Assembly (NCBI GenBank): GCA_001643675.2
Contig: LSRY02000010.1
Location: 372,001 to 436,000 of the forward strand
Direction of reading: 5' to 3'
From: Monocercomonoides exilis PA203
Taxonomy: Eukaryota > Protista > Preaxostyla
Length of the DNA: 64,000 nucleotides
The translations under genes were made by a program, and so were the position numbers. The notes beneath the pieces are model-generated. The model worked only from the letters and a program-made list of their open reading frames with translations. It was not told the DNA's origin and searched no databases. Shown here in pieces: positions 1 to 12,479 of this stretch. Positions within the stretch are counted from its first letter, which is position 1; every line of letters begins with the position of its first letter.

Positions 1-650
1 ACATGGAATATAAATGCTGTTATTTAAATCGCTTACTCCTATTCCATCTTTCAATCTGTATATTTAATAATAATAATGAATATAAAAAGAAATAATAAAG
101 CTGATATATTTGCGTATTAGCGAACTTTTTATTTTTCAATGTCATTGTTGGAAGATTTATTGAGAATGATAAATGGAATAAATGAGTTATAGAGGGCAAG
201 TCGACCTTTCTGCCCTGCTTTATTTTTTTCAAACTTATTTTTCACTTTTATTTTATTTTCCATTTTATTTATGAATTTTTTAAAAAAGTGCAATTGCTTT
301 TATGTTTAACTGTGCCTGCTGCAAAATTATGTATTGCCATCTTTTTTTCTGAAAAGCTTTGCACACTTTGCGTTATCATAAATTGCACGAAAGAAACGAA
401 CTCCTTTTGTTTTTTCATACTTTTTTTTTAATTTTTAAAATCCTGAAGTTGCCCACACATTCATGTTGTAATATTCACACAATATGTACACCTTCATCTG
501 TCATTAACTTACCTTCACATGCTTCTTACCACTTCTTTACACAATGAATTAGTTTAATTCTTTTTTTCGACCACTCACCGTCCAATAAAGAAAAAAAAAA
601 CACAACATATTAATTTAACAATATTTATATTTATTTATTTATTTTTATTT

Positions 651-3600
651 TTACATTAATTTATTATTATCTGCTGGTTCGTTTGCCTCTTCCAGCACAA
701 AAGAAGGGTCATTAAAGTTCGGGTTCGGGCGCTCCTCGTCCAGCCACGGCGGCTGCTGTGACTCAGACAGGTCCGCAAAAATAGAGCGAGACTCCGGCAG
801 GTTCTCCCACGACCGTGTTATCTCCTCAAACAGCGTCGACAGCGGCGGATAGGACACATCCTTCTCTGGATGGTGCGGGGGTATTATCATCTGAGGTGAG
901 AATTCAATGAAGTTGCTTTTGGATTCAGGCTTTGTGCTGCTTGTGGAATGTTTGGTTTTAACGCTTGTCCGTGGGTGATACTTCATCACTTTGGCAAGAT
1001 CGCCTTTCTGCTCTTCTCCCAGCTTTCCCGCTTCCTCTGCCAAAACTGTCTCACTCATCACTTCCTCCTCCACAGCACTTGCTTTTCCCATCTTCCCTGT
1101 CTTCCCTGCCTTTCCAGCCTTCCCCGCTTTCCCTGCCTTCTCTGCCTTCTCTGTTGACACATCAGAAACAGCAGAGCTAACAGAGCCATCAGCAGCATCT
1201 GTCTTGTCCCACGGGTGTGTCTCAGGCGAAGAAGGGTTCGGCAGCTCAGCTGGCTGGCTGTCGCTGTTGGCGCTGGCGTTGTTCTTGCAGAGCCTGCTGC
1301 GACACATCTGCGCCGCCATCAGCAGCGCCCGGATGAACGTGTCGTCGTCGAGATACACAAACAACGGAATAAGCGCTGCAAACGGATCGTCCTCTTCTCC
1401 GGATTCGCCTCCGTCTTCATCTGAATTGCTGTTTTTGGGCATGGACTGTGCCAACGACTGCTGCACCTCCTCTGCACTTGAGAGATGCATACTCAATGGA
1501 TTGTGCCTTGCAGCTGTCAAAGGCGGATCAGGTGTTGTTGTGACTGGCGGTGCTTCGTTTGTTTCTTGTGTGTTGTCTTCTCTGCCTTCTTTTCTCTTTG
1601 CTTCTCGTTTGTGTGCCTGCTCTTCCCTGGAGCTTGTCAATGCCTGTGAAAGTGCTGTAATCGCAGGTGATTCTATTTTGGTGCAAACGGACGACGGGAT
1701 CGCCTTTGGCATCAAGCGCATTGAAATCTCTTTCCCTGCTTCTTTACTGCTTTTTAAAGATTCTGCATTTTCTTTCGCTGAATTCCCTTTTTCTGCATTT
1801 GCCTGTATTCTTTTCGGCTGCATGTCAGAAATGTCTATTCTTGTTATTGCAGATGAGCCGCCTTTCATCGAACTCAGCAGCATCCCTTCTGTTCCAGACC
1901 CTTGAGGCACTTGTATCACCGGAAACAGCTCAGCCCCTGCGCTTGTCAAGGCAGAAGAGGCAGGGCTGTATTTGTGGAGAGACGAAGATGACGAGCCAGC
2001 CATGAAGCCAGACGAAGAGTAAGAGAGCAAATAGTTCTTCGACTTGTGCTTTTCTTCCTCTTTCCTGTTCAGAATCGCACTGAGCTCTTCAGACGTCCCT
2101 GCCAAGTGATGCAGCGGTGTCTGCAAAGAAGGCTGCCGCTGTCTCAAATGTGCCTGCGTGCCAGTGCTTTCTCTCTCACTCTGCCCATCTTCACTCTGCT
2201 GCTCCAAAAGGAGACTGCGAATGTCTGGCGATTTGGCTTTTAATTGTGAAGAGAACTGATCTGCCCTTCCACTCAGAGATGCATCTGAGCTTAGCAAATT
2301 TGGAGAGTAATGATTGCTTTGAGAATGCGACGATGCACTCAACGAAGAAGAATTCGAAGAATTTGAGGAATTCGAAGAAGTTGAATGACTCACTTGCTGA
2401 GAATACGAGCGTGACTGCAGCTGAGGTGATGTTCCATTGTAATGCGGGATGGGAAGAGGCCTGGCGGATGAAAGAGGCAAAATAGACTGTTCTTGTGAAG
2501 ACTGTGACGACTGCGAAGGCGAAGAAGACACGCCAGATGAAAGCGCTGTGTCAAAAAGAGGGGAATTAGAAGCAATTGTGGCTGTGTTTGAAGAAGAGGC
2601 TGGTTGTGCTGCTGATGTTTTGTCTGATTCTGAACGGGTTGCATTCTGCTGTTGCTGTTGCTGCTGTGTTGATTGTGTTGATTGAGCAGCTGTTTGCTTC
2701 TTTGTTCCTTTTGTCTTCAAAGGCGGTGTCAGCGTTGTTGCTGTTGCCTGCTTCGGTGATGGAGATGATTTTGTCTGCTGCTGCTGTTGTTGTGAGTTTT
2801 CTTTGCCATTTTTCTTCGACTCATTTTGTTCTCCGCTTTTCTGTTTACCGGCAAAAGTCACAGCTTTCGAGGATATTTTCGGTGTTTGCGCATCTTTTTC
2901 CTTTTTGTGCTCTTCTTTCCGCTGCGATTCTTTCTTCGTTTTCTCAGGCTTCACTTCCTTTTCGGGCAAAACAGCAGAATCTGCTTCAGAGTCACTGGTT
3001 TCTTCACCTGCTTCTTCGCTTCCTTCGCTTTCTGTACCACCACCACCTCCTCCACCTCCTCCTTTCTCTATCACTTGTAGCACATCCGCAGGAATGGCTT
3101 CATCCAGATCAAGTTCGTCATAAATTCCTTCATCTTCTGAAAAATCATCCTCCTATAATTTTTAATTATTATTGATTGATTAATTCATGAAAGTCACAAA
3201 ATCAATAAAAAGAAAATTGTTATTCTTAAAAACCAACAAGCGCCCAGACCATGTTCTCATCAACATAATGGTTAATCCCCTCCTCTAGTCTTTGTGCATC
3301 TTCAACCGATATTGTCTCGTTAGAGATCGCTTCACGCATCTTTTCTAACTGACTTATGTGATATTTATGCCTGCTTAACCTTTCCTTCAGTCTTCTGCAT
3401 TCATCCCTTCGAGATTTCACAAAAGGTTTTTCAAGTTGACGCTTAATTTCATTATATTGTTCATCAAGTATGGTGATACTTCTTGTTATCCATTCGATTG
3501 TCTCATTCATTGCTTGTTCATGAGGATCGACTTTTTCTTTGGCATTCAGACCTTGATTAGAATAACCTTTTCTCTTTGAGTCCTTTTCCCAATTATTATA

Positions 3601-4103
3601 TTGTTTCATGTCCTTTTGAAAAATTTTAAAGTAAATGCCAATTTACAAAAAAACAAGCAAAAAACGCAAACTGATTCAATCAAAGATTTGTATTCCTGCA
3701 ATTGTTCTTTATCTTTGATTTCATCCATACCAATCCATGTTCTAAGTTGTTCTCGCATTCGCTGAAGTTTTTTTATCGAACGCTTCATCTCATTTTCAGA
3801 TTTTTCTTTCTGACTTGGCTGCGATGCTGAACTAACTTTTTGGTAACATTTGCTAAATTCATTCCTTTCTTCTTGTATCCTTTTAAAAGTTCTTTTTTTC
3901 ACAATGTAAATAAGGAATAATTAACGGTTGTATACATTTAAAATAATATATGAATTAAATACTGTTTGATTTCGGCTTATAATTGAAGTTATATAACAAC
4001 AACAAAATATTCAATAAATAATAATATTGTTTATCATAATAATAAATTTGTTCCCAAAATTACTGTAAAATCTCATACTTAGAAGCTTTCTTAATTGTGC
4101 CAT
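651..4103 (-). CDS. NOT3: CCR4-NOT complex subunit NOT3/NOT5-like; predicted exons 4103-4079, 3975-3963, 3891-3672, 3612-3250, 3152-651 (~1040 aa)
   Basis: Joining at GT-AG boundaries keeps frame. The product reads MAQLRKLLTEIKQTFKRIQEE...QKEKSENEMKRSIKKLQRMREQLRTW...IESDMKQYNNWEKDSKRKGYSNQGL...RHKYHISQLE...EDDFSEDEGIYDELDL, matching the Not3 N-terminal coiled-coil domain. The middle is long and low-complexity; no clear NOT-box is seen. Confidence 0.85.
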
Positions 4104-4179
4104 CAACCCTGAAAAATGTAAAATGGGAAATATATTCTGAATTATAAATTAATGGGATATCCCTTATTTCAGTGAGAAG
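4104..4179. promoter_or_regulatory. Putative compact bidirectional promoter / 5'UTR region between divergent start codons
   Basis: 76 bp separate the NOT3 ATG (4103, minus) and the 5-phosphatase ATG (4180, plus). A perfect palindrome GGGATATCCC lies at 4154-4163. Confidence 0.5.
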
Positions 4180-7100
4180 ATGTCGTTTTCGCTTCCTGAT
4201 TGCACAATAGAAGCCGTATGAGTCAATTGCTTCATTGTTTCCATTTAATTTTCATTTATATGTATAGTATGTTCGAGATCAAAATACTGTTCTTGCTGTA
4301 ATTAGCACAAACGAACAGCCACCAATTAGGAAGTTTGCTAATTTTTTATTTATCCAAATAATTTTTGACCACATTTTTTCACTAAATGCATGATTTTAAA
4401 TGTATTGTTGTTTTCGTAGGCTTGTTGTCTTTGAGAATCATCCTGGTGAAACACCAATTATTTTGCAGACTTGCCCATTTCGAAGAGTATTTGACTTTGC
4501 ACCCGTGACGATAAAAGGAACTGTTACTGGAGTACGTTTTGTATTGATCCAACCGAATGGAAAGCCAAGTGAGAAAGTGTTTCATTCATCAAACGAGGCT
4601 GAAGTTAAGTCATTTGCCAATGAAGCTAATAAATTATTTATGCAAGAAGCCACAACTTTTAAGCCCATAAGAATTGAAGGATCTGGTTCTGATTCTTTGG
4701 GGAAAGTTATTGAAGGCTCAGATTCTGCATTTTTGCCTCATGCTCCTCCCTCAAGAGCACCACCACCTGCACCTCCTTCCGCACAAATAGACCTGATGCC
4801 TGCCACAACAGTAGTCGACTTGGGGGCATCATCTTCTCCTTCTAATCAGCAAGCTTCATTTTTGACGCATCTCACCTCTCACCAGCCTCCACATCCTCTT
4901 CACACACATACACTTCACCCTCTTCGATTTTCTGCTATTACTTTTAATGTTGCTTCGTTTCAAAAGCAAATGTCTGTAAATAGAGTTGCACAGTTTATTA
5001 CAAACAGTCACCAAACTTTATGGGGATGGGCTGCACCAAAAGATGCATCAACATCAAACAGCCAATCCAGTCCAAGTCAGAAACACAAGAAACAATTAAT
5101 GCCCAATCCTCCTGACTTTGTTGTGATATCTCTCCAAGAAGTCGAAATGGGTGTTCGCGGCTTTTTGCAAACAGAGACCGAAAAGCGAAGCGAGTGGGCG
5201 ATGCTTTTCCTGCGTGCGCTCAACCGTGCATATTTTGGGATTCATTCGAGCGAATATCGCGCGAGGCGCAGGAGTCGCATGAGCAAAGCCAAATTTAAGG
5301 GCAAAGCTCCTGCAAATCTGATCCAGCCAGCCCGTCCGCTTGCAAATCTCATCACTTCTCCTTTTGCCTCTCCAGTTTCTCCGGGCGGTGCGTGGAAAAC
5401 GCCGCGCTCTCCAAAGTCGCTTATTCCCTCGCCTTTTTCTCCGAAATGCTCATCGACGCTTGTGGCAGAGGACGACAACGACATTTTGGAGGAAAGCGGA
5501 GACGAGCAATACAGCGATTTTGAAGGGGAAGGGGATGAAGGAGCAGAGGAGAAGAACCAGCTAATAAAGGAGTTTATGAGCAGGCACAAAAAGGCAACGA
5601 AGGCTGGGAAAGACACAAAAGAGGAAGAGGAGGAAGAAAGTGAGTATGAAGAGTATTCAGAATGGGAGGAATATTCAGAATGGGAAGAGGAAGAAGAGGA
5701 AATCGAAGAAGAGAAAGCAGAAGGAAAGGGAACTGAATCTAAAGCAGAAGATAGAGCTTCCTTGAAGAAAGAGCAAGAAGCAGCCAAAAAAGCAGCCGCA
5801 GCAGCGTCTTCGTTCTATTTGGGAGGAGACGAAGAGGAAGGAGAAGACGAAGACGACATCGACGACGATGCAGACATTATTGGCGATGAAGAATTTGAGG
5901 CTACGAAAGCGACGCTGGCTGACAAAGAGACAGAGAACTACACATACACAGACGACTTTTTAGTGGATGCAGTGCAGCAGCGGTATCATCTGGTAACGTC
6001 CAAACAGATGATGGGTGTGGTGATCCTGCTCTATGCCCTCACCTACCCGTCCACTCCCTTCCCTGCCTCAGTCAGCACACCCATCACCGCCACCACTCCT
6101 CTCCTGCCGTCGAAGTCTCTTCTTTCGATGCTTCACTCTCTGTCTTCTTCCTCTGTGGGGACAGGCTTCATGAGTGTGGGTGCAAACAAGGGTGGAGTGA
6201 CTCTTTCTCTGTGTGTAGGGAGCAGCAGCATTGCGTTGACAGGGATGCATCTGGCAGCACATCAGAGGGACGTAGTGAGGAGAAACAAAGACTGGGCAGA
6301 TGTGATGAAGAGAACTGTGCTGAATGCGAAGGGAGAGGCGATTGAAGAGGGAGACGAGGTGGACGCAGAAGAAGCGCTGGACAGCGAGGACGATGAGGAA
6401 GGAAGCAGAAAGTCTGGCAGAAGGAGGACGAGAACGAGAACGAGGAAGAGCACAGCAGGCTCAGTACAGAAACAGAGACAGAGCAATGCCTCTTCCACAG
6501 CTGACGATGCAGGCGAAGAGGAAGAAGAGGAGCAGAGCGAGCAAGACGAAGAAATAGCCGATATGCGCCGTGTTTTGAAGGAGGAGAAAGAGGAAGAGGC
6601 GAAGAAGAAGAGGGAAGAAGGGCGCGAAGTGACCAGCACCCCAACCAAAAAGAAGGCATTTCCTGTTCCTCCGCCACCAGTTCCACCTCAGCCACTGACA
6701 ATCCCACCGCCTCTTTCGCCTTCTTATTCTGCATCACCCGAAACTCCTAACCGCTCCTCTCAGACACAACTGCCCAAAATGCAGTTTTCACCGATGTCTC
6801 CTTCATCTGACCCACAGCAACAGCAACAGCAGCTGAGGAAGTACCCCTCCTTCCACAGCCCGCCCACCACGCCGAAGTCAGCTTCATTCGAAGGCAGGCT
6901 CTTCCCTTCGTCCAGCACCCTTTCCCGCCTCCCACCAGCACAAAGGCATCTGCTGGCAGTGCAGCAGAGGAAGGCGCTTGTGCTCAGCTGGAAGCGGCGC
7001 GCCTCTTCGTTCTATTCTCCTCCTCCTCCCGTCCACCTCATCAGAAGCACAGCTGATCTGCCGCAGCTTCTTGACAGAGAGGACTTCCAGTCAGCACCTG

Positions 7101-9073
7101 TGGGCTTTTCTGTCACTGCGGCACATGCTGCGGGGGAGAAGAACGATACAAAGGCTGAGCAAAACACAGAGAGTGGCAAAAAAGGAGAGCAGAAGACAGA
7201 AAAGAACTCAACAGATTTGAAGGGAAAAGAGGATTCGAATGAGAGTACATCGACATCTGCTTCACAGAACTCACCATCATCTACCACAATACAAACATCT
7301 GAAGCTGAATCAGCAGGCGATTCAAGCAGCAATGGCAAGCTAACCCCCTGGCTGCCACCTCTTCTTTCCTATCGCAACCCGACCGACGACAAGTATCCTC
7401 TTCCTTATTACTCCCCCACCCTCTCCACCGCTGCCCCAACCCCTTTCTCCCTCCACGTGTGCTTGGGCGACTTGAACTATCGTGTCGATGCAGAAGAAGA
7501 GCGTGTACACAGTCTGCTCTACTCACTCGGCATTCCTCTCCCCCTCCCTCTACGCCATCTGCCTGACGTGCATTTAGCCACTCTGCCTGGATACGTCAAG
7601 AACAGCAGCACAGACGCTGAGTACAAGAATCTCATTGCAAATGCCCCGCTCACACTGAAAGGAAGCAACGGGTTGGTTCAGTCGCCGTTTGAGGCGCCGA
7701 CAAAGGAGACGCCACATCCATCGTATTGGAACGAGGCTCAACGATCGGTCACTCTTCCAGTCATCAGCACAGCTGCTGCTTCTGCTTTCTCTCCGCCTTC
7801 GACTGTTGTTGAACAGAACTCAAATGCTAATGCTTCTTCTGCTTCTGCTTCTACTGCTTCTTCATCACAGACAAACGCTGCTCAACCTTTTTCTCAATCA
7901 CCAGGCTCATCTTCATCTTCTACCTCATCCTCATCCTCCTCTCAGCACTTCCCTTCACCAGAGTCTCTCTCCTCCACCCCAATCACTTTCCTCCCTCATT
8001 CTGCTCTTCTTTCACCGAAGCATTCACCACAGCTTGCCAAGCTTCTCTGGCAGCACTGGACAGAAGACGAGGCAGGCCTCTCTTTCCTCCTCTCTACAAA
8101 CACACAGTTCAGAAGCATCGTCCAATCCATCACAAAAATCATTGCAAATGCCTGCCAATCCAACGAAGTCACCAAACCCTTCCACGTTTCACCTTCCGTC
8201 GATCCACTTCCTCTCTCTCCCTTCTGCCCTTCTGTGCTCTCCCCAGCTGTCCTGTCTCTTTTGCTCTGTTCTGACCAGCTGCGAAGGCAGATGGCACAGC
8301 AGCAGGTGTTCCATGGCTTCAGCGAGTGTCCCATTTTATTCCAGCCGACGTATCGTCTTGTCTGCGGCACGCTCAGATACTTCTTCGATTCCAAGCGGAA
8401 GAAGATCCGTGTGCCGTCGTGGACTGACAGGGTGCTGTGGAAAGAGGGGAGACTGAGACGATTCTGCCCTGAACTGACAGAAGAGCAGCAGGACGCTGCG
8501 GAGATGAAGCAGAACGAGCAGAAGAAGGAAGAAGAGGAGAAGCAGACGGAAGAGGAGATCAAGAGAGAGAAAGCAATGGATGGAGATTTGGAAGAGTACG
8601 AGGTGGTGAAGAAGGCACACGCTGCCTCTGGAAATAGAACTGCTTTGCTGAATGAAGAAAACAGCAGCAATAATAAGAATGATTCAGGTGATGCTGCCGA
8701 CAGCAAACTGGAGCCATATCCATTCAGCAGAGCACCATCTGTGGAATCTCTTGCTGCTGCTTTCGAAAATCCCGAAGGGAATGCTTCTTCTTCTTCTTCT
8801 TCTTCTTCCTCTTCCTCTTCCTCTCCTTCATCTTCTTCATCACCACTCCAGACGGCTCAACCAATTCTGCTTCCCCCCACAGAAACATCTCCTGTTTCGC
8901 CTTCCTTGTTCTACCCTCACACGTACACAGCTCTTTCTTCTCTCCTCATCTCTGACCATCTTCCTGTTGGGCTTTCCTTTACCTTTTTTGCGTGGCTTCC
9001 AGATGCGAAGAAGACAGAAGAGTACAAAAGAAAGCTTATGCAGCGCCGTGTAATCACCACAAATCAGTTGTAA
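4180..9073 (+). CDS. Inositol polyphosphate 5-phosphatase (INPP5B/OCRL/synaptojanin-type catalytic domain); predicted exons 4180-4215, 4268-4332, 4420-9073 (~1584 aa)
   Basis: Motifs occur in the expected order: ITFNV, DFVVISLQEV, GTGFMSVGANKGGV, HLAAHQ..RRNKDW, LGDLNYRV, DQL..FHGFSE..I.FQPTYR, PSWTDRVLW, SDHLPV. Two short 5' GT-AG introns splice in frame into ORF 4400-9073. Confidence 0.92.
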
Positions 9074-10307
9074 TTGTTCAGCTGTCAAATGTGTTCAGAC
9101 AAATTATTATTATTATTATTATTGTTGTTGTTGTTGCTTTCTTTTTCTTTTCTTTTTTGATTAATTTGTTAAAAATTCTCTCTTTTCTTTTCTTTTCTTT
9201 CACTTTTAATTTGAATTAAAATTTTATTTTTTTCTATGTGATTTGATATTTAGTTTTTATCTTGTATTTTTTTAGGCTTGTTTGGCCGTTGTATGTTTTG
9301 TGAATATTTTATAGCACCTTATTTGAATTAAAGGCGATCAGCAATTCTGATTTTTATGTTTATTTGGAGCGTCAAAGGAAAAAAAAGATTGAATTTGACT
9401 TTGTTTTTGACTTTCTGTGGAAATGGAAATAAATTTTCATACAAAAGACGACTGCTATTATTGCATTGAGTATTTTTGCATTTGCACAAAAAATCGAAGG
9501 CTCTTTCAAACGTTGTGAATATTTGCTTCTTTTTTGACTTGTTCTCAATATGTTATCAGAGATTCATACTTTTTTTTTTTTATTTTTTGTCATTTGAATG
9601 TTTAAACAATGTGTTTGTATCTCATTTCTTATTGAGCATCTCTTTAGTTTTTATTGAATTGATAAAAGCAAATCAGCAATATCATTTTTTCCACAATTGA
9701 GAAAAAACATCATTTATAAAACGTTTTATTAGAAGTCGTTATTTTGCTGATAGTTCATTATTTTGTATCAAATTTTGAGTTAACCTTAAATAAAACATGA
9801 AAAATAAAAATCATTCCAGATCTTTCCAGGCTTCTTGTTCATAAAACTCGTTTAATTATTCAAACATGCAACAAACAGTTCCCTTCGAAAAGATATGTAC
9901 AAAAAAATGTATTGAAATGTTTCACCTTCAAGCAATAACGAGATCAACGAAAAAGCAAAAAGTTTTCAAATCAGCTTTATTTTGCTCTTCCACAAGAAGT
10001 TGCAATCACTTTAGATATGCAATACATCAATAAAGATTTTCAAATGCACATCACAAAGCATCAAATTATTCTGCATTGAACATACAACCAATTAAACACC
10101 TGAGTAAATAAAAAAAGGTTAAACGAACATAAAAGAAAATGCATGAAACAAAAAATAATATAAATGAAAACAAATTTAATCAAAAACAAAAAATCAATAA
10201 GCAAACCAGCGAAATGATGAGGTGTACAATTCATGCAACCAGCTTTTTGATATGGAAGAATAAAATCTATTGCTCATCTTCAAACAAAACAGCAGAAATA
10301 ACTGATT

Positions 10308-12479
10308 TCATTTTATTATCTTGTAAAGTCTTTTCAGAAATGAGAGATCGACAATTTGTTGAAGAGATTCTTTAAAAGCACTTTCTTCAACTTCAACCTC
10401 TTTCAATTTTGTGTTTGTTTTTGAGCTTTCCATTTGAATTAAAGACGAAAGAGACAAAAGACAACTCCACATTCGAAGAAGAACAACCTTAAAGTTTCTG
10501 CAATCAAATGCCAATGACTTTCGTGATGGAGCACTCTCTATTAATTTTTGTATCCTTTCCATCCAACGAATGAGTAGCTGAGCAACTTTCTTTGGCGAAT
10601 CTCTTTCGCAATTGCTGATTTCAACTTCAGAAGTATTGCAACGCGGCAAAGAAATATCAACTGTTAAATCTGATATTACCGAAGACTCATATAATTCTAT
10701 AAAATTGGTCGCAATTCGCTCAAACAGCCAAGCTGCAGATATTGTTAGAATCATAAGTATTTCATAAACATCTTTTTGAGTTTCAGATGAAATTGCATCT
10801 GAAAGAACTTCAAATAAAGTCGTAAGCAATATATCTCCAACAACAAATACAGAAAAATTCACTTTCTTTTGCTCTTCAAGCACACGCACAATTTCGTACA
10901 TGAGATCTCTGAACTCAGCAGAAACTTGATTTGCTTCTGTATTCATTATATGAACGCAAAACTGTTTAAATAAAGCAACCCACGCTCCGTTTGATTGCTT
11001 TGCTGTCTGCTTGGAATTCTCTTCTTCTTCTTCTTTTTCATTGCCTCTGCTTTCTTCATCTTTATGAGTCTGTTTCGCGTCTTCACATGCTGAAAGATGC
11101 TCCTTCAAAGCAACACACGAAGGGTCATTCTCATCGGGCAAATGTGTTTCATTGCACTCAGTCAAAAGAAAACATCTCTGGATCGCAAGAACAACTTGTG
11201 AAATGAGTTGGCGATGGAAACTACAAATGCAAATGGGAGAAGAACTTTCCCGTGAAGCACACCGTTCTGATTTTATTATCCAGTTGCATTCGTTTAATAA
11301 TCGCATTTCCCGAAAATATGAAGAGATTGAAAATGATGATGAAAATCGAAAATAATTAGAAATCACACCAATTGGACTATGAACACATGAAGGCGAAGGA
11401 GAGCCCTTCAATTCAAGGAATGATGGAGACGGAGAAGGAGTTAAAGGAAACAACGGATTTAGAAGTGAAGCAGGATGCAACAATTGAGTAGGTAAAGGAT
11501 CGGAAATAGAAGGTGCTTCGCTATCGATTTGAGGTCCCTCGGAATCTTTACTTAACGTTGAATTTGCTGTCAAAGAAGGCTCTAATGAAATCGTTTCAGA
11601 TGAAGATGAATTTTCTTCTATCTGATTTAGCTCTTCGTTGCTGTCTTGTGGTTGATTTGAAGTTTCTTCTTCCATTGTTGTTGTCAATTCATTATCATCA
11701 AAAGAAATAGAAACAACTTTTGAAATCTTCTTTTTTTTTGAATGCCCATGCTTTTTACCTCGTTCTTCAGTGGACATTGAAGTCTCTTTAAACTCTCTTT
11801 TAACTTTATTTCCTTTGAGCATTGAATCGAGTATGTTGTCAACTTCATCGAAAGAAATCAAATCATCTTGATTTTCCTCTTGCATTTCATTTTCCTGTGC
11901 TCGAATATTATTTTTTTCATTTATTAATCCACGCTCTGAATTATCTGGTTCCTGTGGTAAACTTGGGAGCGTCATAAAAGGTGCAACCTCTTTCTCAAAA
12001 AAAAAGAGATCTTTATCCAAATGTTGTTCTCGTTGCCCTAAGCATTGCACATTGGTATTTGAATTAACATACATGGGTAATTCGCTCTGAAAACATTGCG
12101 TTGTAATTGGTCCAGACTTACAAGTGGATATTGATTTCGAAACTGTGGAAATATTTGTCGATAAAGAATTACACACCTTGCCTTGCTTCAACGTTTCTGG
12201 ATATGGCCTTAATGTAGAAGCTATCAACTGTGCAGTCTCATTCAGTGTCAAATTTTTATTTCCCAACTTTGACCAAGCATCAGAATCATCCGCAGAAGAT
12301 GTCTGGGTTGTGGTAAATAACCACGAATTAGTTTTATCAAAAAATATATTCCCAGCCACACAATTAGAATTAGTGCGCTTAAAAGAGGGAAAAGAAATAA
12401 ACCATTTTTTATCCTTTGTTGCAGATGAAAAAAAACTATCTGCTCGAGGAAATGGTAATTGCTGTTTACTGCAGCTCAT
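10308..12479 (-). CDS. Hypothetical protein (~720 aa), acidic/Ser-rich middle and helical-looking C-terminus
   Basis: Long uninterrupted ORF (10308-12629) in AT-rich DNA; first ATG at 12479. No recognisable motif; extra exons are possible. Confidence 0.65.
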   Translation of the reverse strand: MSCSKQQLPFPRADSFFSSATKDKKWFISFPSFKRTNSNCVAGNIFFDKTNSWLFTTTQTSSADDSDAWSKLGNKNLTLNETAQLIASTLRPYPETLKQGKVCNSLSTNISTVSKSISTCKSGPITTQCFQSELPMYVNSNTNVQCLGQREQHLDKDLFFFEKEVAPFMTLPSLPQEPDNSERGLINEKNNIRAQENEMQEENQDDLISFDEVDNILDSMLKGNKVKREFKETSMSTEERGKKHGHSKKKKISKVVSISFDDNELTTTMEEETSNQPQDSNEELNQIEENSSSSETISLEPSLTANSTLSKDSEGPQIDSEAPSISDPLPTQLLHPASLLNPLFPLTPSPSPSFLELKGSPSPSCVHSPIGVISNYFRFSSSFSISSYFREMRLLNECNWIIKSERCASRESSSPICICSFHRQLISQVVLAIQRCFLLTECNETHLPDENDPSCVALKEHLSACEDAKQTHKDEESRGNEKEEEEENSKQTAKQSNGAWVALFKQFCVHIMNTEANQVSAEFRDLMYEIVRVLEEQKKVNFSVFVVGDILLTTLFEVLSDAISSETQKDVYEILMILTISAAWLFERIATNFIELYESSVISDLTVDISLPRCNTSEVEISNCERDSPKKVAQLLIRWMERIQKLIESAPSRKSLAFDCRNFKVVLLRMWSCLLSLSSLIQMESSKTNTKLKEVEVEESAFKESLQQIVDLSFLKRLYKIIK

